From an uncultured bacterium (GTDB lineage: Bacteria; Verrucomicrobiota; Verrucomicrobiia; Verrucomicrobiales; DEV007), in assembly GCA_963977015.1 (NCBI GenBank), contig CAXBMO010000017.1:64001-128000 (forward strand): a DNA stretch of 64,000 nt, read 5' to 3'. Within the stretch, counting starts at the first letter, position 1. The number at the start of each line of letters is the position of its first letter. The notes under the pieces were generated by a model. The model was not told where the DNA came from. It ran no database searches and saw nothing but the letters and a program-made list of their open reading frames with translations. The position numbers were made by a program, and so were the translations under genes. Of this stretch, positions 8,881-18,679 are shown one piece after another.

Positions 8881-9870
8881 ATGAAAGCACTCAAACTTCC
8901 AACTCCGAAAAAGGTCCTCGTCACCGGGGCTGCTGGATTTATTGGTAGTCACACCGTCGATCTCCTCCTCAGAGAAGGGCACCAGGTGGTCGGAATCGAC
9001 GACCTCTCCACCGGCAATCTGGACAACGTGCAGACCGCCTTGAAAAGCGGACGCTTTCACCTCGAACAAGCGGATATGCTGGACGAAGGCCTCATGGATC
9101 GCCTCGTCGCTGAGTTTCTCCCCGATGCCATCATCCACCTCGCCGGTTTGGTCAGCGTAACGTTGGGGCAGGAACAGCCTGAGCGGAATTTCCGCCTGAA
9201 TCTTGAATCCACCAAGTTGGTTGCCGAGGCAGCGCGCAAGCACGGTTGCAAACGCGTCGTTTTCGCCTCATCCGCCGCGGTTTACGGAGATTTGGAGCAA
9301 TTGCCCATTCAGGAGAGCGATCCCAAGGATCCGAAGAGCAACTACGGTACGGCCAAGTTGATGAGCGAAATGCTTCTCCAGAGCTACGCCAAGAGCTACG
9401 GAATGACCTGCATTTCCAATCGCTTCTTCAACGTCTTCGGTCCTCGCCAGGATCCGCATTCCCCCTACAGCGGCGTGATTTCGATCTTCGCAGAGCGATT
9501 CTCGACCGGACGCGAAGCAACGATTTTCGGTGACGGTCAACAAAGCCGCGACTTCATCAGCGTTTACGACATCGCCGCCGGCAATGTGCTGGCCGCAACG
9601 CAGAAAGATGTGCCAAGCGGTGCCTACAACCTCTGCAGCGGCGAGCGCCAGAGCCTGCTGGATTTGGTCGATGCCCTTGCCAAAGCGCTTCCAACGGCTC
9701 TTCCCGTCAATTTTGCGGAAGAGCGCGAAGGCGATATCAAGCATTCTCAAGGTTCGAACGACAAGGCTCGCGTCTATCTCGGTTTTGCCCCCAAGATCGA
9801 GTTCGAGGCAGGCATCGAAGACCTCGTTGCTTCGACCTGCGAATCCACTGACGAGCTCAGAGTCGCATAG
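8881..9870 (+). CDS. NAD-dependent nucleotide-sugar epimerase/dehydratase (GalE/WbpP-like)
   Basis: VTGAAGFIGSH, ASSAAVYG, YGTAK, RFFNVFGPRQDPHSPYSGVI. Confidence 0.92.
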   Translation: MKALKLPTPKKVLVTGAAGFIGSHTVDLLLREGHQVVGIDDLSTGNLDNVQTALKSGRFHLEQADMLDEGLMDRLVAEFLPDAIIHLAGLVSVTLGQEQPERNFRLNLESTKLVAEAARKHGCKRVVFASSAAVYGDLEQLPIQESDPKDPKSNYGTAKLMSEMLLQSYAKSYGMTCISNRFFNVFGPRQDPHSPYSGVISIFAERFSTGREATIFGDGQQSRDFISVYDIAAGNVLAATQKDVPSGAYNLCSGERQSLLDLVDALAKALPTALPVNFAEEREGDIKHSQGSNDKARVYLGFAPKIEFEAGIEDLVASTCESTDELRVA

Positions 9871-9902
9871 TCTCATTTTTCATGGTTTGTGTTTGCTGTG
9901 CG

Positions 9903-9930
9903 GGCGGGTCCAAGTGGACCCGCCTTTTTT
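9903..9930 (+). terminator. Rho-independent terminator
   Basis: GGCGGGTCC-AAGT-GGACCCGCC followed by TTTTTT. Confidence 0.85.
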
Positions 9931-9983
9931 CGTTTGGGGTCCGTGGGGGTTCCGAATTATAGGAAACGATCGTTTTACCTTAG

Positions 9984-11300
9984 ATGAACCTACCCGAAGA
10001 GCCGTGGCGGCTTTCCGCCTCTGAACTGGCAAACCTGGATCAAACCCACATTTGGCATCCGTTCACCCAGATGGCGGATTGGTGTGCGGATTCCCATGAG
10101 CCGCTCGTCCTCGCCAAGGGCAAGGGCGCCCGCGTAACCGACCTCGCCGGACTGGAATACATTGACGGGAATTCGTCGATTTGGACGAACATCCACGGCC
10201 ACAATCACCCGACGATCACCGCTGCGATTCGCGATCAGCTTGATCGCATGGCGCACAGCTCCTTTCTCGGCCTCACCCATCCCAACGCCGCAGTTCTGGC
10301 GCGGGAACTCGTGGCTCGAGCGCCGGGAGACTCTCTCACCAAGGTCTTTTTCTCCGACAACGGTTCGACCGCGAACGAAGTCTCCCTTCGCATGTCACTT
10401 CAGGCTCGCGCCCTGCGTGGCGAAACTCAGCGCACCCAGTTTGTCGCGTTTGATCAGGCGTATCATGGAGACACCGTCGGCGCGGCGAATCTGAGCGGGA
10501 TCCCGTTGTTCAGCGCCCCGGTCGCAGCTCCGTTTCCGCCGGTAACGCGAGTTGCCAATCTGGAGGAATTGGTCTCGCTCGGAAGCGACTTCGCCGAAAC
10601 CGTCAACGCGGTCATCATCGAGCCATTGGTTCAAGGTCCGGCCGCGATTCGTCCGTGGCCGAAAGGGATGTTGCGCGGATTGGCGGATTGGTGCGAAGAA
10701 CACGGCGTGTTTCTGATCCTCGACGAAGTCCTCACCGGATTTGGCCGGACCGGAACCCTCTTTGCCTGCGAGCAGGAGAATGTCGTGCCCGATTTCCTCA
10801 ATCTCGCCAAGGGAATCACCGGCGGATATCTGCCACTGGCCGTCACGCTCACAACGCAAACGGTCTTCGATGCCTTTCTCGGTGGTGCTGACAAGACCTT
10901 CTACTACGGCCATTCCTACACCGCGAATGCGGTGGGTTGCGCAGCGGCGCTGGCTTCGCTCCAGGTTTTCGATGACGAGGACGTTCTCGCCAACCTTCAG
11001 CCCAAAATCGCGGAACTAACCACGGGCCTGGCCAATCTTTCGGCCCTGCCGCAGATTTCTGAGATTCGGCAATGCGGCTTCATGGCCGCCCTCGAAGTTC
11101 AGGGGATGACTCCGACAGCGATTGAGATGGAGAACAGGAACCAACTCGGAGCAGCAGTCTGCAACGCGGCTCGCGACTTTGGGCTCCTGACCCGCCCGGT
11201 CCGCAACGCCGTCGTCTTGATGCTTCCGCTTTGTGCAACGAGCGAGGAAATCAGTGCCGCTTGCGCCGCCATCGGCCAGGGCATCGCCCAAGTTTGCTAG
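9984..11300 (+). CDS. bioA: Adenosylmethionine-8-amino-7-oxononanoate aminotransferase
   Basis: IWHPFTQM, DGNSSIWTNIHGH, FFSDNGS, YHGDTVGA, DEVLTGFGRTG, LAKGITGGYLPL, GHSYTAN. Confidence 0.93.
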   Translation: MNLPEEPWRLSASELANLDQTHIWHPFTQMADWCADSHEPLVLAKGKGARVTDLAGLEYIDGNSSIWTNIHGHNHPTITAAIRDQLDRMAHSSFLGLTHPNAAVLARELVARAPGDSLTKVFFSDNGSTANEVSLRMSLQARALRGETQRTQFVAFDQAYHGDTVGAANLSGIPLFSAPVAAPFPPVTRVANLEELVSLGSDFAETVNAVIIEPLVQGPAAIRPWPKGMLRGLADWCEEHGVFLILDEVLTGFGRTGTLFACEQENVVPDFLNLAKGITGGYLPLAVTLTTQTVFDAFLGGADKTFYYGHSYTANAVGCAAALASLQVFDDEDVLANLQPKIAELTTGLANLSALPQISEIRQCGFMAALEVQGMTPTAIEMENRNQLGAAVCNAARDFGLLTRPVRNAVVLMLPLCATSEEISAACAAIGQGIAQVC

Positions 11301-11504
11301 GGGGTGTTTGAAAATGAGGTCGAGACGCGCTGCGAGTGATTTTGTCGACTGGGAATGATGGCTCGGGGCGGCGATGAGCCTTCTCACAAAGCCCCGAACA
11401 GCATTTCCAGGCGGGAAAAGCGCCGCATCTCAAGATCATGCGAAGCCAATCTTCGAAAAAGAGGAACAACTTGCGCGTCCGTCATCATTTTAAAACGCTC
11501 CCTA
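11298..11504. mobile_element. MITE-like element with terminal inverted repeats, full copy
   Basis: Left end TAGGGGGTGTTTGAAAATGA; right end TCATTTTAAAACGCTCCCTA; right half recurs at about 48598-48704. Confidence 0.7.
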
Positions 11505-14500
11505 AGACGCCAACGCTTCGTCTTCTTTTTCAAACGGACGCTTGTACCAGGCCCACGACCACGCGATGCCCCGTTTGATGTCTTCCAGGATCATGTAGCT
11601 GACCGGAACGAGGATCAACGTGATCGCCGTCGCGAACAGAATCCCAAAACCGAGCGAAATCGCCATCGGAATGAGGAACTGGGCCTGGGTGCTTGGCTCG
11701 AAGAAAATCAGGGGAATGAGCCCCGCAAACGTCGTGAGCGAGGTTAGAATGATCGGTCGAAAACGGGCCGTGCCGCCCGTGCGAATCGCTTCCAACAACG
11801 TTGCTCCCTCTGCCCGTCGCCGGTTGATCCAATCCACCAAAACCAGACTGTCGTTCACCACGACGCCACTCAAGGCGAGCATTCCGAACAGGCTCATTGA
11901 ACTCAGCGGCATATCCGGCATGGGATGATTCGTGAGGTAGCGGAGTTTCTCGATGAAGATGTGGCCGGCAATCGCCCCAACCAGGCCAAATGGAATCACC
12001 ATCATGACCATGAACGGCTGGAGCCAGGATTTGAAGGGAATCGCGAGGAGGCAATAAATCACGAAGAGGACGAAAATGGTTCCAGACACGAGAACCTGCT
12101 GCATTTCGCGAGCTTCCGCCGCCTCACCTTCCTGGCTGTAGCTAACGCTGGGAAAGGGTGCCAGAATTCGCTCCATATCCTCGTTGATGGCCGCTTTGAT
12201 CGCTCCCAGGTCGACCTTGTCCTTGTCGGCATCCGCCTTGATGTTGACGGTTCGTTGACGGTCAACCCGACTGATTCGCGCCGGACTTCGGCCAAACTCG
12301 ACTTCGGCAACATTCGCAAACGGAACCCTGGCGCCATCCGGAGTCCGCACCCGCATCTCATTCAAATTGGGCAGGCTCTCCCGTCCATCCGGCGGGTAGC
12401 GAACCATCACCCTGACGTCATCCCGACCGCGTTGGATGCGCTGCGCCTCAAATCCGAAAAACGCGCCCCGCGTCTGGCGCGCCAGATTCTCCGAATCGAT
12501 TCCCAGCAGCTGGGCTTCAGGCTTCACCTGCAGCTGAATCTCCTGCTTCCCATCATCCACGTTGCTTGCGATATCGAACAATCCGTTGAACTCCGCCAAC
12601 CGTGACTTCACCGCCACCGCCGCGCCTTCCAGCTCAGCTTCGTTCAACCCGGAAAGCTGAACATCAATCGGATCACCATAACGACCAATCTCTGCCTTGA
12701 TGTTGAAATCCTCCGCACCGGGGATTTGCCCAATCATGCGCCGCAACTCCATCGAGATGCTTCGCGGCGTGACGTCGAGGAGGCCAAGCTTCTCCCGAAT
12801 CTCGCGATCGACGACTTCCAGGCTCAACTCCCCGACATGACTTTGCCCTGAACTCAAACCACGGCTGCCACCGGGTCCCCCGGTTGTCGCGATCCCCTGC
12901 CCTCCCGTGGAGCTGAAAATGTGACTGATGAGCGGACTCCCATCGGGGCCGACGTACTTTTTCTGCAACTCGAAGGCCGCCGCCTCCATCCGGTCGACAT
13001 GGCTTTTGGTGACTTCGAAAGGGGTCCCGATCGGCATGTCGAGGCGAACCGTCAGGTACTCACTGGCGACGCGTGGAAACCAGACATAGCGGATGCGTCC
13101 ACTCTTCCACCACGCCAGTGAAACCATCAGAATCACCACGAACGTGGCGAGAACAATGAAGCGATTCACGATACAGCGTTGCAGAAACGGTTGATAAATC
13201 GACGCGATAAACCACTCCAATCCGTTCGCCACTTTCTGTTGAAGGCGGAGCAGCCAATTCCATTTCCCAATGTTGGTCGCCGCCTTCTTCATGTGCTTCA
13301 GGTGAGCGGGGAGAATCAGCTTCGATTCGATGAGCGAAAAGATCAGCACGGGAATGACGACGGCGGGGATACTCCGAAAAATCGCGCCACGATGCCCGGG
13401 AATCAGCATGACGGGGATGAAGGCCACAATGGTGGTCAGCACGCCGAAAATCACCGGCCGAGCGACCTCACGCGTTGCTTCAATGGCGGCCAAGGTTGGG
13501 TCGCCATCTTCATCATTGCGCATTCGGGTAAAGATGTTTTCTCCCGTGACGATGGCGTCATCGACCAGAATCCCGAGCACGAGAATGAAACCAAACAGGC
13601 TGACGATGTTGATGGAGGTATTCGTCAGCGGCATGCAGATAAACGCACCGCACAAGGCGACCGGAATTCCCAACATGACCCAGAATCCCAGCTGAAAACG
13701 GAGAAACAGGGAGAGAATGATGAACACCAGGATAAAGGCCCCCACCCCGTTTCGAACCAAGGTGTCGAGACGGGCTTGAACCAGGTTCGAGCGATCCCGC
13801 CATGTTTCGATCGAAACGCCCTGGGGCAGGCTGTTGCGCCGTTTTTCAACAAAGTCGCGAACCGTATCGGAAATGATGATCGCGTTTTGCTCGCCGACGC
13901 GTTCCACCGAAATCAACACCGACGGCTTGCCGTTGAAACGCGCCACCACCTCGTTTTCCTCGAACCCATCGGTCACCACGCCCAGGTCACGAACCCGCAC
14001 CTTGGTTCCGTCCGGATTGGAACGAACAACGATGTCTTCAAAATCCTTCCCCACATAGGCTTTGGACTTGGTGCGAAGCAGGATCTCGCCACCCGCAGTC
14101 TTGATGGTTCCCCCCGACAAATCGACCGATTGAGCCGAAACCGCAGCCGCAACTTCTCCCAACGTCAGGTCGTAGCGAAGCAACGTTTCTTCGGGAACTT
14201 CAATCGCGATTTCGAAAGGCCGCACCCCGATGATCGTGGCCGAGCTCACCGTCTCGGTCTTGCTCATGGCCTGAAAAACCGAGCTGAAGACCGGCAATTT
14301 GTGGAGCGGGATCCAACGCGGCATTTCAACCGTCGAAGACCCGACGAGACCGACGATTTCGTCCCGAAGACTGTCGGCCAACTCTCGAAGCTGAGCTTCC
14401 TCCAAATCGCCGTAGACGAGCACCTTCACGACACTGTCGGTAAATTGCTGCAGCGAGACGGTCGGTATCTCGGCTTCGAGCGGAAACGTCACAATGGCGT

Positions 14501-14834
14501 CGACTTCCGATTTGATGTCATCGAGCGCCTCCCTGGGGTCATAACCCGATTTGATTTCGACGCTGACAGAGCCGCCCCCCTCACTTGCGTTCGATCGAAT
14601 TTCCTTGATCGACTCGATCGACTGAATCGCCTCTTCAATGGGAACGATGACACCCTCTTCAACCTCCGCCGGAGTCGCGCCTCGAAACACCATCCCAATA
14701 TTCACCGTATTCACTTCGGAATCCGGAAAGACTTCGAGCGGAATCTGGGTAAACGCGGCCCAAACGCCCACCAGAACGATGGAAATCATCAGCAAATTCG
14801 CTGCGACATCATTTTTGGTAAACCAGGCGATCAA
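11502..14834 (-). CDS. RND efflux transporter permease (AcrB/AcrD/AcrF family)
   Basis: 1110 aa; GATPAEVE, GILVDDAIVTGENI, GVVVNDSLVLVD, RFRPIILTSLTT, AQFLIPMAISLGFG. Confidence 0.93.
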   Translation of the reverse strand: MIAWFTKNDVAANLLMISIVLVGVWAAFTQIPLEVFPDSEVNTVNIGMVFRGATPAEVEEGVIVPIEEAIQSIESIKEIRSNASEGGGSVSVEIKSGYDPREALDDIKSEVDAIVTFPLEAEIPTVSLQQFTDSVVKVLVYGDLEEAQLRELADSLRDEIVGLVGSSTVEMPRWIPLHKLPVFSSVFQAMSKTETVSSATIIGVRPFEIAIEVPEETLLRYDLTLGEVAAAVSAQSVDLSGGTIKTAGGEILLRTKSKAYVGKDFEDIVVRSNPDGTKVRVRDLGVVTDGFEENEVVARFNGKPSVLISVERVGEQNAIIISDTVRDFVEKRRNSLPQGVSIETWRDRSNLVQARLDTLVRNGVGAFILVFIILSLFLRFQLGFWVMLGIPVALCGAFICMPLTNTSINIVSLFGFILVLGILVDDAIVTGENIFTRMRNDEDGDPTLAAIEATREVARPVIFGVLTTIVAFIPVMLIPGHRGAIFRSIPAVVIPVLIFSLIESKLILPAHLKHMKKAATNIGKWNWLLRLQQKVANGLEWFIASIYQPFLQRCIVNRFIVLATFVVILMVSLAWWKSGRIRYVWFPRVASEYLTVRLDMPIGTPFEVTKSHVDRMEAAAFELQKKYVGPDGSPLISHIFSSTGGQGIATTGGPGGSRGLSSGQSHVGELSLEVVDREIREKLGLLDVTPRSISMELRRMIGQIPGAEDFNIKAEIGRYGDPIDVQLSGLNEAELEGAAVAVKSRLAEFNGLFDIASNVDDGKQEIQLQVKPEAQLLGIDSENLARQTRGAFFGFEAQRIQRGRDDVRVMVRYPPDGRESLPNLNEMRVRTPDGARVPFANVAEVEFGRSPARISRVDRQRTVNIKADADKDKVDLGAIKAAINEDMERILAPFPSVSYSQEGEAAEAREMQQVLVSGTIFVLFVIYCLLAIPFKSWLQPFMVMMVIPFGLVGAIAGHIFIEKLRYLTNHPMPDMPLSSMSLFGMLALSGVVVNDSLVLVDWINRRRAEGATLLEAIRTGGTARFRPIILTSLTTFAGLIPLIFFEPSTQAQFLIPMAISLGFGILFATAITLILVPVSYMILEDIKRGIAWSWAWYKRPFEKEDEALAS

Positions 14835-15065
14835 GGGGCAACTCTAGGTTTCGAGGAGATTGGAGACGAGGAGTAAACCATCACAGTTTCAAACTTTCCA
14901 GCTTTCGCAAGGAAGCTCTTCGGGTTGAACTCCGGCTATTCCCAAAAGTTTCTCAACCCAAATGGACACCATTCCCACGGAAGGAGGGTTTACAGCGAGT
15001 CCGGATCTATGATAGGGTTCTTCCCTGATAACGAATCAATCCCAACCTCCACTGCGAAATTGCCA

Positions 15066-15665
15066 ATGAACCGTCTCAAACTCATCTTCGCCGCTTGTCT
15101 TGCCGCACTTTTCATCGTCCCTGCGGCCTTCGCCCAGCAGAAGAACCCAACCGTCAAGGAAGTCTACGAAGAGGGCAAACGCGCCTACCTCAGCAAGGAT
15201 TACGCGAAAGCGCTGAAGGCGTTTGAGTACGTGAAGAAATATTATCCGAGAGATCCCCGGGTTCGCAGCTACATCGCCAAAACCCAGATGGCGTTGAGGG
15301 AAGATCGTCCCCAGGCAACCATGGAAGCCAAGTTGCGTGGAATCGTGATCCCCAATGTCGAATTTGAAGATGCCACCCTGGAAACCGTTCTGGACTACCT
15401 GACTCAGAAGACCTCGGAACTCAGCGGAGGTCAGGTCCGCCCCAATTTTGTCTACCGTGGCAGCCCTCAGGAAAAAGCTCAGGGCGGGATCACGCTCAAA
15501 CTGAACAACGTGCCGGTTTCGGAACTCATTCGCTATGTCGGACAGATGACGAGGACGCAGTTCAAGTATGAGCCCTATGCGATCACCGGCGTTCCGTTGC
15601 GGATGCTTTCTCCGGTCCAGCCCGAGGCGCCGGCCGCAACCGAGTCGTTTGACCCGTTTGCGTGA
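15066..15665 (+). CDS. Exported protein with a TPR-like helix pair and an STN/secretin-N-like domain
   Basis: Signal peptide ending AFA|Q; YEEGKRAYLSKDYAKALKAF; KLRGIVIPNVEFEDATLETVLDYL...ITLKLNNVPVSELIRYV. Confidence 0.6.
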   Translation: MNRLKLIFAACLAALFIVPAAFAQQKNPTVKEVYEEGKRAYLSKDYAKALKAFEYVKKYYPRDPRVRSYIAKTQMALREDRPQATMEAKLRGIVIPNVEFEDATLETVLDYLTQKTSELSGGQVRPNFVYRGSPQEKAQGGITLKLNNVPVSELIRYVGQMTRTQFKYEPYAITGVPLRMLSPVQPEAPAATESFDPFA

Positions 15666-16315
15666 GCCAACCACCCGTTGCTCTCATCACAGGTGGCGAA
15701 GGCGACCTGGCCCAGGCGATTTCGCGGCAGCTTGATTCCAGTGGCTGGCAAGTCCTCGCACCCGGACACCGCGAGCTGGACGTCTCCAGCCGGGATTCGG
15801 TTCGTGCCTATTTTGATCAGCAGATTGGTGGCCGAATCGATTTGCTCGTCAACAATGCCGGCATCACTCAGGATCGAGCCTTCCTCAAACTGTCCGAGTC
15901 GAATTGGGACGAGGTGGTGGATACCAATCTGAAGGGCGCCTTCCTCTGTTCCCAGACGGCGCTACGTCTCATGCAAAAACAGCGAGACGGCCACATCATC
16001 AACATCGGATCCTATTCCGCGATCAACCCGCCCCTTGGCCAAGCCAATTACGCCTCAGCCAAAGCCGGACTTTTCGGACTGACCAAGAGTCTCGCCAAAG
16101 AAGTGGGGAAACGGAATATTCGGATCAACTGCCTGCTTCCTGGCTTCCTCGAAACCAAAATGACGACGGGCTTACCTGAGAAGGTCATTCAACAGGCGAG
16201 GGAAAACCATGCCTTGGGGCGATTCAATACCTGTGAGGAAGTCGCCCGCTTTGTCGGGTTTCTCGCCTCCACCGAAAACGTCTCCGGCCAGGTCTTCCAA
16301 CTCGACAGCCGTTAG
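15662..16315 (+). CDS. FabG-like short-chain dehydrogenase/reductase
   Basis: ALITGGEGDLA, LVNNAG, GQANYASAKAG, PGFLETKMT. Confidence 0.9.
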   Translation: MSQPPVALITGGEGDLAQAISRQLDSSGWQVLAPGHRELDVSSRDSVRAYFDQQIGGRIDLLVNNAGITQDRAFLKLSESNWDEVVDTNLKGAFLCSQTALRLMQKQRDGHIINIGSYSAINPPLGQANYASAKAGLFGLTKSLAKEVGKRNIRINCLLPGFLETKMTTGLPEKVIQQARENHALGRFNTCEEVARFVGFLASTENVSGQVFQLDSR

Positions 16316-16321
16316 CCGTTT

Positions 16322-16921
16322 CTAAAGCTTTTCCTTGGTGCTCGGAATTTTCCCCGCGATCCGCGGATCAATCTGGATGGCCTGATCGATCGCCCGGGCG
16401 GTTCCCTTGAAGAGCGCCTCAGCCATGTGATGACCATCGCGTCCATCCAGAATCGTCATGTGCAAATTCATGAGCGCATTGAAGGAAAACGCCCGGAAAA
16501 ACTCTTCCACCAGCGAAAACGGGAAATTCCCACCAATGGGATCGATCCGGTCCGGCGCTTCGAAAACGAGATAGGGTCGCCCGCTGAAATCCAGCGCGAT
16601 TCTCGCCAGCGTTTCGTCCATCGGCAGCATGAAGGAGCCGTATCGGGTTATTCCCTTCTTCTCCCCCAATGCCTGGCGAATCGCCTGGCCGAGCACGATG
16701 CCGACATCTTCAACCGTGTGGTGAAAATCGACTTCCAGATCGCCATTGGCCTTGATCGTGAGATCGATCAGGCTGTGGCGCGAAAAGAGCGTCAACATGT
16801 GATCGAAAAAACCGATCCCGGTTTCGATTTCACATTCACCGGTTCCATCCAGGTTCAGCGAAAGCTGAATCTGAGTTTCGGCGGTATTCCTCTCAATACT
16901 TGCGGTACGCGTTTTGGCCAT
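16322..16921 (-). CDS. hisB: Imidazoleglycerol-phosphate dehydratase
   Basis: TGIGFFDHML, DFHHTVED, LPMDE, DFSGRPY, HHMAEALFK, PSTK. Confidence 0.97.
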   Translation of the reverse strand: MAKTRTASIERNTAETQIQLSLNLDGTGECEIETGIGFFDHMLTLFSRHSLIDLTIKANGDLEVDFHHTVEDVGIVLGQAIRQALGEKKGITRYGSFMLPMDETLARIALDFSGRPYLVFEAPDRIDPIGGNFPFSLVEEFFRAFSFNALMNLHMTILDGRDGHHMAEALFKGTARAIDQAIQIDPRIAGKIPSTKEKL

Positions 16922-16992
16922 TGCAGCTAAATTCGCTCAACTGTACGGCGAAAAGGAGATCGCCGCAAACCGGGCGCGCCGGTAAATCCGGC

Positions 16993-18504
16993 TTACTCTT
17001 CCCCTCCGCCAGCCTGCGCCTTCTTCTTCTTGTCCATGAAGTAGAGCCCGACTGTCACTCCAATCAGCAAAACCGGAACCAGGAAGAGGAAATTGAACCC
17101 ACCGCCCGAAGATGGTGCGGGTGAAGTTGTCGAAGCCGCCGTTGAACTGGTCTTTTTGGCCGTCGATGAAGTGGAGCTCTTTTTGGGCTCGGGCTTTTTG
17201 GGCTTCGCCGCCTCCACAGCAGCCTGTTTCTGGCGAGCCATTTCGGCAATCGCTTGAGACGCAGAAAGGGGTTTGTCTTCACCGTTGGCGGCTTCGGGCG
17301 ATTCTGCTTCGCCGTCCTTCTTCACGGCATCCGCGATCTTGCTGGCCTCCATCGCATTGCGATCCGCCAGGGCCGCTGCTTTCGCCGCCTTTTCCTCAAC
17401 CTGAGCAATCTTCGATTGGATTGCGGCCAGAACCTTGAGTGAATTATCCCGCGTATTCTTGGCGCCGCCCTTCACCTTCAGCGCTTCGGCCAACTGCAGC
17501 TTCGCTTCTTCAACATTCTCCTCAGCCAACAAGCCCTCCACTTCCCAAAGTTGATCCGCCTGGGCGCGAATGGCTTCCAGATCATACTTCCCAACTCGCT
17601 CGATCTCCTTGCGGACACGATCAATCCCTGACTTCAGGCTCGTTTCATCGACCAAATTCACCGTCGTCCAAAACAGCCCCCGCTTCGTCTCCGCCTCCAC
17701 TTGTCTTGTGTAGCGCTCTTTCTCCTGGGCCAGCACTTTCTGGTATTCCGTTTTCTGGTAATTCCCCATCCCCGCCAACGCCTTCTGGCGCTTCGCGATC
17801 TCATGCCTTGCATAACCAATTTCATTGGTCAGAAAACCACCATACTTGGGCAGAACCTGCCGGGCGAGTTCGACCGCCTCAGGAAAGGCCAACGTCCCTT
17901 GATAATTCTTCTCAATCCGCTCAAACAATCGCAACGCAGCCAATTGCCAGCCCGTCTCTGAGCCTTCCACCACAGAGCGCATCTGGTTCAATGCCGTGTC
18001 GGCCTCCATATTCACCCGGTGCGAAAGCTGCTCACTGGGACTCAACCACTCACTGCGGAACTTGCGGAACCCGAGCTCCACCTTCTTTCGCTCGTCTTCC
18101 AGCTGAGCGATGACCTTCTCGATTTTGTCTTTGCGAGAACTCTCAGGATACTTCTCCAAGAACTCTTGGGGCCTTTTGATGAGCTGATCGTACTCATTGA
18201 CGGTCAGACCAGGGGCGGTGGGAATCACCTTAATCGCCACCTCATAGGCAAAATCTTCCGGCGTGGTCCGCTCGATCCGCTCGATCTGGATTTTTTTGTA
18301 AAGCTTGGTGTCCTTGATCGTTCCCGTGATGATGCTGATTCGAACATCATCGTCGGTTTCCGTGGTGATTTTGCCGCTAACGACCGTGCCGTCCTTCAGA
18401 TAAATTTTGTCCGCCCAGGCAGATGGAATGGCAGAAAGAAGGGCAACAGCCAAGAGCCATTGGGCGATCAGCTTGCATTGGGGCAACAGAGAAAAACGGG
18501 TCAT
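16993..18504 (-). CDS. Membrane-anchored exported helical protein, PTPDL-family-like
   Basis: Signal peptide then ADKIYLKDGTVVSGKI; IPTAPGL motif; helical body, S/T/K linker, C-terminal TM followed by KKKK. Confidence 0.55.
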   Translation of the reverse strand: MTRFSLLPQCKLIAQWLLAVALLSAIPSAWADKIYLKDGTVVSGKITTETDDDVRISIITGTIKDTKLYKKIQIERIERTTPEDFAYEVAIKVIPTAPGLTVNEYDQLIKRPQEFLEKYPESSRKDKIEKVIAQLEDERKKVELGFRKFRSEWLSPSEQLSHRVNMEADTALNQMRSVVEGSETGWQLAALRLFERIEKNYQGTLAFPEAVELARQVLPKYGGFLTNEIGYARHEIAKRQKALAGMGNYQKTEYQKVLAQEKERYTRQVEAETKRGLFWTTVNLVDETSLKSGIDRVRKEIERVGKYDLEAIRAQADQLWEVEGLLAEENVEEAKLQLAEALKVKGGAKNTRDNSLKVLAAIQSKIAQVEEKAAKAAALADRNAMEASKIADAVKKDGEAESPEAANGEDKPLSASQAIAEMARQKQAAVEAAKPKKPEPKKSSTSSTAKKTSSTAASTTSPAPSSGGGFNFLFLVPVLLIGVTVGLYFMDKKKKAQAGGGEE

Positions 18505-18679
18505 TTGGGAAGTCGATGGAGTTTGGTCTTACGGTAGAAAAAGACGTATTCAGAGGGTCTTTATCATAAACCAATTTTACCCAATCATGCCAATCCTTAA
18601 TTCGATCGATTCCAAACCGGGATTTTCGTGATGCCAGAGTGTTGCCAAAGGTGGAATCATCGTAGAGTGAAGACCTTCC

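Noticed and set aside
13179-14876. 565 aa ORF antisense to the RND gene
   Set aside because: Shadow ORF with composition typical of reverse-translated membrane-protein codons.
18632-18647. Possible sigma-54 promoter (TGGCAACACTCTGGCA, minus strand) for the PTPDL-like gene
   Set aside because: GG-N10-GC spacing fits but flanks deviate; similar TGTTGCCA words near 19326, 19993 and 33039 lack the correct spacing.
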